Source: a virus (lineage: Duplodnaviria > Caudoviricetes). Taken from it: 64,000 nucleotides of DNA. Position 1 is the stretch's first letter; each line of letters begins with the position of its first letter. The DNA lies in the IMG/VR virus record IMGVR_UViG_2576861548_000003, positions 1 through 64,000 of that record. One strand, written 5' to 3'. The notes under the pieces are model-generated. The model was not told the DNA's origin. It did no database searches and saw nothing but the letters and a program-made list of their open reading frames with translations. This document shows, piece by piece, positions 59,010 to 64,000 of the stretch. Both the position numbers and the translations under genes were made by a program.

Positions 59010-59396
59010 ATGAAACAGACAATAGAAGAAGCCGAGAAAGAATATTGCGATAAGAATTATCCGTATTCAGATTTGAATATAAGGTTAATGGTGGAAAATG
59101 CGTTTGAAGCCGGAGCAGACTGGCAGGCAAAACAATCACCGTGGATAAGTGTAGAGAAGCGATTACCGGAAGTTGGTGAACTTGTTCTTTGTAGAATGGT
59201 ATCAAACGGAGCGATAGTAAGTGGATTCCTTGATCCAATTCCGAATTGTCTTCCCAAAGTGGCTACAAGGCCTGATTTTGAATTTGAAGATTACGGTTAT
59301 TATTATTGTGATTTTTGGATGCCTATCCCTTCTTTCGATGAAATACTGGAAGCTAATAGGGATGTACTAGAACGGATTAAAGAGAAAGGAGATTGA
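59010..59396 (+). CDS. DUF551-like protein, copy B
   Basis: PWISVEKRLP..FWMPIP; ends near-identical to copy A. Confidence 0.75.
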   Translation: MKQTIEEAEKEYCDKNYPYSDLNIRLMVENAFEAGADWQAKQSPWISVEKRLPEVGELVLCRMVSNGAIVSGFLDPIPNCLPKVATRPDFEFEDYGYYYCDFWMPIPSFDEILEANRDVLERIKEKGD

Positions 59397-59398
59397 TA

Positions 59399-59812
59399 AT
59401 GACAGCAAAAGAATTAAGTAAGTTAATCACTACTGGCAGAAAACTGAAAAAGTTTATTAAAGAAACTCTCCCTAAAATCAGAGAAGAGTATCAAAGACAT
59501 GGCAATAATGGAATAGATAAGCATACAGATGGATTTGGCAGAAGGGAGAGTATTCAGAGTATGAATATAAGTAATCTTTGTTATTCTTCTTTTTCTGGCA
59601 GTTGTGGAAGTGGAGATACATATTCGGATATAGCAAATATGGATACTGATTTGATGAAGGAATACTTTATCAGATATCTGAATGGGCATAAGGATGAAAT
59701 AATGGAGGGAGTAGCAGATTTAATGATAAATGATGCAAAATCAAATCAAGAAAATGCTATTAAGGAAATAGACGAATATAAAAATTCACTGCTAAAACTA
59801 TTGGAGGAATAA
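59399..59812 (+). CDS. hypothetical protein
   Basis: Operonic ORF. Confidence 0.55.
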   Translation: MTAKELSKLITTGRKLKKFIKETLPKIREEYQRHGNNGIDKHTDGFGRRESIQSMNISNLCYSSFSGSCGSGDTYSDIANMDTDLMKEYFIRYLNGHKDEIMEGVADLMINDAKSNQENAIKEIDEYKNSLLKLLEE

Positions 59813-59814
59813 TC

Positions 59815-59994
59815 ATGAAGATAACACTTCATGGGCATAGATATGTCACTCATGATGGAAATTATTCATATCATTTTGTTGAGCAACACCCATATCGTAA
59901 GTTGTTTCTTGAAGAACAGCTTCAAGTGGCTCGTTTCGGTGCAATGCGAGCAATAAAATTAAAGGAAAAGTTAATTAATAGCCATTTGGCGTAA
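59815..59994 (+). pseudogene. duplicated C-terminal fragment of the 56538-57071 gene
   Basis: MKITLHGHRYVTHDGNYSYHFVEQHPYRKLFLEEQLQVARFGAMRAIKLKEKLINSHLA*. Confidence 0.75.
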
Positions 59995-60007
59995 AACTGA
60001 TAAAATA

Positions 60008-60568
60008 ATGAATTTAAACGAACTTCGTGACAAAGCCTATAGAATAGCTTGTGACCATGGCTTTCATGATAAGGAATTAAGTAATGAACATTGCTTAATG
60101 TTAGTGATCACAGAGCTTTCCGAAGCTGTAGAAGCGGACCGAAAAGGTAGATTAGGAAAAAATTGTAAACGTCGTTTTGAAATGGAATACAATCGTTATC
60201 CTGCATTAGTAGAGGAAGAAAAACGATTTAAGTGCTCGTTTGAAAATAATGTAAAAGATTCACTTCCCGATGAACTTGCCGATGCTGCTATACGACTGTT
60301 AGACCTATGCGGGCTACGTAACATTGAGTTAGAAAATGATTGTCTGGATGATGAAGTGCTTGAAGAATATTCGCGTATATTCATTAACAAAACATTCACA
60401 GAGTCCATTTTCAATATTACTAAAAATCTTATTGATAGAGATATATCCTACTCTCTTATTAAGATTTTTGGGCTTGCTAAGCATCTCGATATTGATTTGC
60501 TCTGGCATATTGAGCAGAAACAAAGATATAATGAATTAAGACCTGTGTTGAACGGAAAAAGATATTAA
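60008..60568 (+). CDS. MazG-like nucleotide pyrophosphohydrolase
   Basis: LVITELSEAVEADRK, DELADAAIRLLD, KQRYN. Confidence 0.75.
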   Translation: MNLNELRDKAYRIACDHGFHDKELSNEHCLMLVITELSEAVEADRKGRLGKNCKRRFEMEYNRYPALVEEEKRFKCSFENNVKDSLPDELADAAIRLLDLCGLRNIELENDCLDDEVLEEYSRIFINKTFTESIFNITKNLIDRDISYSLIKIFGLAKHLDIDLLWHIEQKQRYNELRPVLNGKRY

Positions 60569-60570
60569 TC

Positions 60571-60972
60571 ATGAACAGAGAAATAATATTCAGAGGGAAA
60601 AGCACAAATAATGGTAAATGGGTGTATGCAAAATTACATGGGTTTGGCATGGACTTATTTAATGAGTGTGTACAGGAGAATACTGTTGGGCAGTTCACCG
60701 GCTTGCATGACAAGAACGGAAAAGAAATATACGAAGGTGATATTGTTGAACGAATAGTTACAAATGGATACGGTTTTGGTTTTATAGGTGAAGTGGGCTT
60801 TGATAATGGAGTTTTTGGTATAAAACATAAGACTTATAAAGGTTACATTGTATCCAGTTTTGTATATTCTTCGGATTGGAATGATGGTCATGCGCACGGA
60901 ACTGTTTTATATGAATATGAACTAAAAGGAAATATCTACGATAATCCAGAGTTAATCAAGGAGGAATTATGA
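60571..60972 (+). CDS. YopX-family phage protein
   Basis: REIIFRG, GQFTGLHDKNGKEIYEGDI, GNIYDNPEL. Confidence 0.9.
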   Translation: MNREIIFRGKSTNNGKWVYAKLHGFGMDLFNECVQENTVGQFTGLHDKNGKEIYEGDIVERIVTNGYGFGFIGEVGFDNGVFGIKHKTYKGYIVSSFVYSSDWNDGHAHGTVLYEYELKGNIYDNPELIKEEL

Positions 60973-61613
60973 AAAAGATACTTTTTAATGATAAATTTGG
61001 ACTTACACAGGCTGTTCTTGACGGTCGGAAGACGATGACGAGAAGGGCAATAACTTGTCCGAGAACCTTTAGAGGTGAATGGGTTGCAGGATTCAATGTG
61101 CATATCCAGCAATCTGACAGGAAAATAGTTGATTATCCTTGTATGTACGATGCAGACGAAAGGGAATTTGATGGGGGCCAAATACTTCCAAAATACAAAG
61201 TAGGCGAAGTGGTTGCTATTGCGCAATGCTATATGGATATTGACCAGTTTCACCGAAATGGTAAAAATGCAGCTTATTTAGAACTGTTACCTGGACTGAA
61301 ATTATATCCAGGATGGGGTAACAAAATGTTTGTTAGATCTGATCTAATGCTACATCATATCCGTATTACTGATATCAAAGTCGAGCGCCTAAAGGGTATA
61401 TCTGATACAGATTGCTTACGTGAGGGAATAGTGAAGGGGCAATGCGGCTCAAAAGAAACACATTTCTTGGATGCTTATTATCTGCCTGTTTCCTACCAAC
61501 CATATTGTACTCCGCAAGAAGCTTTTTCCGTATTAATAGACAAAATTTCTGGTAGAGGTACATGGGAGTCTAATCCCTACGTATGGGTATATGAGTTTGA
61601 ATTGGTTGATTAA
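60969..61613 (+). CDS. ASCH/PUA-like phage protein
   Basis: AVLDGRKTMTRR, IRITDIKVERL, WESNPYVWVYEF. Confidence 0.75.
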   Translation: MKKILFNDKFGLTQAVLDGRKTMTRRAITCPRTFRGEWVAGFNVHIQQSDRKIVDYPCMYDADEREFDGGQILPKYKVGEVVAIAQCYMDIDQFHRNGKNAAYLELLPGLKLYPGWGNKMFVRSDLMLHHIRITDIKVERLKGISDTDCLREGIVKGQCGSKETHFLDAYYLPVSYQPYCTPQEAFSVLIDKISGRGTWESNPYVWVYEFELVD

Positions 61614-61630
61614 TTGCTTGTTATTTAGTA

Positions 61631-61703
61631 AGTTAAACAAAGTTTAAGTAAAAGTTTTTAGATTGTTTTATTTTGGTTAACTCGTTGATAATGACTATCT
61701 TTA
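61631..61703 (+). promoter_or_regulatory. repeated operator + promoter block
   Basis: AGTTAAACAAAGTTTAAGT followed by TATCTTTA. Confidence 0.6.
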
Positions 61704-61750
61704 CAATACTAAAAGAAACCAATAATACTAATCATTAAAAGACAAGAGCA

Positions 61751-62401
61751 ATGAATACTTACCACAAATTCTGTCCAAATGTATTTTTAGCAAAGTGCGA
61801 AGAAAAGCACGAAAGAGGTGAAGAAATTCTAGTTACCACTAGGTATGGCAAAGAAAACGAAAGCATAGTTTTCAATCTAATTTTTGAGAAAGACGGTTTT
61901 TACTATTACTCCATCGTACGTGCTGACGGTTTTAACGTTCAGGAATGGGCTAAGCAAAGAGCGGAACGCAGACGTGAATGGGTTATATCGGCAGAACGTA
62001 AAAGTAAAGAGTACTTTGACAGGTCTAATAAAGATAGAGATTTTCTTTCACTTGGTGAACCTATCAAGATTGGTCACCATAGTGAAAAACGTCATAGAAA
62101 AGCAATAGAGGATGCTTGGAATAATACCGAAAAAGCTGTTGCATTCAGCGATAAGGCTTTAGAGCATGAAAGCAAAGCCGAATATTGGGACAAGCGCGCT
62201 AATACAATCAATTTGTCTATGCCGGAAAGCATTGACTTCTACGAACACAAGTTGGAACAAGCGAAAGAATACCATGAAGGTGTAAAGTCTGGCAAATATC
62301 CGCGTGAACATGCTTATACTCTTACTTATTCCAAGAAAGCAGTTAATGAAGCACAAAAGAATTACGAACTGGCTAAAAAGTTGTGGGGAGACGAACTATG
62401 A
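61751..62401 (+). CDS. DUF3560-domain protein
   Basis: LGEPIKIGHHSEKRHRK. Confidence 0.85.
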   Translation: MNTYHKFCPNVFLAKCEEKHERGEEILVTTRYGKENESIVFNLIFEKDGFYYYSIVRADGFNVQEWAKQRAERRREWVISAERKSKEYFDRSNKDRDFLSLGEPIKIGHHSEKRHRKAIEDAWNNTEKAVAFSDKALEHESKAEYWDKRANTINLSMPESIDFYEHKLEQAKEYHEGVKSGKYPREHAYTLTYSKKAVNEAQKNYELAKKLWGDEL

Positions 62402-62585
62402 ATATATCACTATTAAGTCTTACTGACAAACAGGAATATGCCGTAAGGAATATCCTGCAATCATTAGATAATGCAAAAGTTTTCTGCTCGTATCTTGATA
62501 AGAATGATTTGAGAAAAGAGCTGGAGGATATGATTGAACGATTCATTAAACAAACCGAAAAGAAAATCAATGAAAATTTTTGAAT

Positions 62586-63092
62586 ATGGTACAGTTGATA
62601 TTAGAAAATAGACTTATAGGTAATTCGGGCTGGATTGTTGAGTATTTCGATGTGCAAGGTTCAAAGTACATCAATACCGTAAAGATAAGAGGAGACAAGG
62701 ATTACCAAATAGGAGATATATTCAACGCAATAGAGTATGGACATGATGGACTAAGTAGCTACCAACGCAAACACGGCATTGAGTATGACGGAATAAGTTT
62801 CCAATCCTCCATTGAAAAAGCAGAGGTTGAAATACTCTTGAATTTTCATTTGATAGACGAACTCAAAAAACGCTTCAAACCATGTTTCGTTTACCAAGAA
62901 GAATGGATGAACGAAGATGACTACGATGAAGCTGTTCGTGATAAAGCAAAGGAAATTTATGTTGATATTATAACTAATCTTTCTGAGGAATTGCATAAGG
63001 ACTTTGAAGAGATAGATGAATCGGTGTCAGTCAATGAATACGATGATATTATATGTAGTTTTAGTAGTCAAATCATAAATTATACAGCATGA
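62586..63092 (+). CDS. acidic hypothetical protein
   Basis: About 168-aa ORF. Confidence 0.55.
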   Translation: MVQLILENRLIGNSGWIVEYFDVQGSKYINTVKIRGDKDYQIGDIFNAIEYGHDGLSSYQRKHGIEYDGISFQSSIEKAEVEILLNFHLIDELKKRFKPCFVYQEEWMNEDDYDEAVRDKAKEIYVDIITNLSEELHKDFEEIDESVSVNEYDDIICSFSSQIINYTA

Positions 63093-63424
63093 AAACGAAA
63101 GTAACTAAAGATGGTTTTATATGGCTTGTTGTACCAAGTGACGACGCAATGGAAATGTGGAAATCAAAGACAGCCGAATTGTATATACTCCACAATGATG
63201 ACAGCGAAACAATGGTTGAAACCGATTTACAAGTGCAACGTGCCACATTCAGCGGAGAGCAGATTGGCATCGAAGTAGGATTCATCAAAGACTTGCTTCC
63301 TGTTTGCCCCAAATGTGGCAAAAGGCTTGTTCCAAGTGACAATCCTGAATATGTTTGGCAGTGTTATGAATGCGATGAGGATTTTTATTCATTTGAAGTG
63401 TGTAATGGAGACCAAAACCAATAA
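63089..63424 (+). CDS. zinc-ribbon hypothetical protein
   Basis: CPKCG..QCYEC. Confidence 0.6.
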   Translation: MKTKVTKDGFIWLVVPSDDAMEMWKSKTAELYILHNDDSETMVETDLQVQRATFSGEQIGIEVGFIKDLLPVCPKCGKRLVPSDNPEYVWQCYECDEDFYSFEVCNGDQNQ

Positions 63425-63644
63425 AGCGATTTCACTACTCCAGTGCGGTGATTTTAAAGCCGCACTGACTATTTTCTCCACTTTTCGCATTGGATTTACC
63501 AAAGAAGAGCAAAGAACCTTGAAAATAGCAAGCGAAAGCCTTTCTGGTAATTCCTCGTTCTATCGTCAACTTGGAATTGATACCGACAAAGCGATAGAAA
63601 AAAGTAAGTCTATTATTACATCGAAGTACTTGAAAATGAAATAG
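63405..63644 (+). CDS. hypothetical protein
   Basis: METKTNKAISLL..FYRQLGID. Confidence 0.55.
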   Translation: METKTNKAISLLQCGDFKAALTIFSTFRIGFTKEEQRTLKIASESLSGNSSFYRQLGIDTDKAIEKSKSIITSKYLKMK

Positions 63645-63715
63645 TTAAACAAAGTTTAAGTTATGTATGTTTGTGGTTTAAACTATTGGTAATCAATATA
63701 TTATTTGTATCTTTA
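63643..63715 (+). promoter_or_regulatory. repeated operator + promoter block (second copy)
   Basis: AGTTAAACAAAGTTTAAGT followed by TATCTTTA. Confidence 0.6.
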
Positions 63716-63776
63716 CATATCAAAAATAACAAAATACGTAATCGCGGAGACGCTTACAAAATAATCAATGAGAGCA

Positions 63777-64000
63777 ATGAAAAAGATAGAACAAATGACA
63801 TCCGAACTTAACCGAGTATTGCATTCTAACACCTACCAATTCGAGATTGACACCGAAGATTTTGTTTTCGGTTTCAAGGAAACAATAAGAACGAGGACTA
63901 AGGATTTGGCAATGGCTATTAAGCTTGAACAAAAGGTAACAAGGGACTGCGGACGTTTCCTGTCCGACACCGTTAGAATCGTATCTGTAAGAATTTACAA
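63777..64000 (+). CDS. hypothetical protein (runs off window)
   Basis: AGAGCAATG start, MKKIEQMTSELNRVLHSNTYQFEID..., open to window end. Confidence 0.55.
   Translation, partial: MKKIEQMTSELNRVLHSNTYQFEIDTEDFVFGFKETIRTRTKDLAMAIKLEQKVTRDCGRFLSDTVRIVSVRIY

Larger units (their letters stand above)
34267..64000. mobile_element. Prophage 2 (early/replication half; continues beyond window)
   Basis: Repressor switch directly after att, Bet/Exo, antirepressor, replication genes, YopX and other phage early genes. Confidence 0.9.

Noticed and set aside
49754-59396. DUF551 repeats as a DGR or invertible shufflon
   Set aside because: Repeats are direct, not inverted; the cores are non-homologous rather than A-mutated; no invertase nearby.
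308-63342. Many short antisense or alternate-frame ORFs in the track (e.g. 12007-12459, 20573-21043, 38880-39488, 43991-44503, 50370-50921)
   Set aside because: Nested within well-supported genes on another frame or strand, with no recognisable motifs.
1-64000. CRISPR array, IS elements, rRNA
   Set aside because: No regularly spaced repeats with unique spacers, transposase ORFs or rRNA-like sequence seen by eye.

Overview
AT-rich Bacteroides-type DNA (TAnnTTTG promoters, Bacteroidetes phage gene families) holding two tandem temperate phages. The junction is marked by a tRNA-Thr(CGT) 3'-half att duplication at 34223-34266. Prophage 1 (<1 to ~34.2 kb) is a nearly complete HK97-like siphovirus with repressor, early/replication genes, packaging, head, tail, lysis, an accessory (moron) region and the integrase. 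Prophage 2 (~34.3 kb to >64 kb) is visible only through its regulatory, recombination, replication and accessory early genes. The main finding is a compact diversity-generating retroelement in the early region of prophage 2: RT 42209-43195 and TR 42028-42102. It targets two small tandem non-structural paralogues (VR1 41459-41533, VR2 41852-41926; 27 of 28 mismatches lie at TR adenines). No Avd gene is recognisable, and an uncharacterised 105-aa gene overlaps the RT stop. Other notable items are a candidate STAS/HATPase + DUF4325 + membrane-effector defence operon, a self-contained antisense unit (promoter, degenerate tRNA-Glu, 54-aa ORF, terminator), a Panacea/MazF-like TA pair, a -1 frameshift tail chaperone, a modular repeat tail protein and a structured leader before the prophage 2 replication gene. 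All family assignments come from motif recognition, not database searches.
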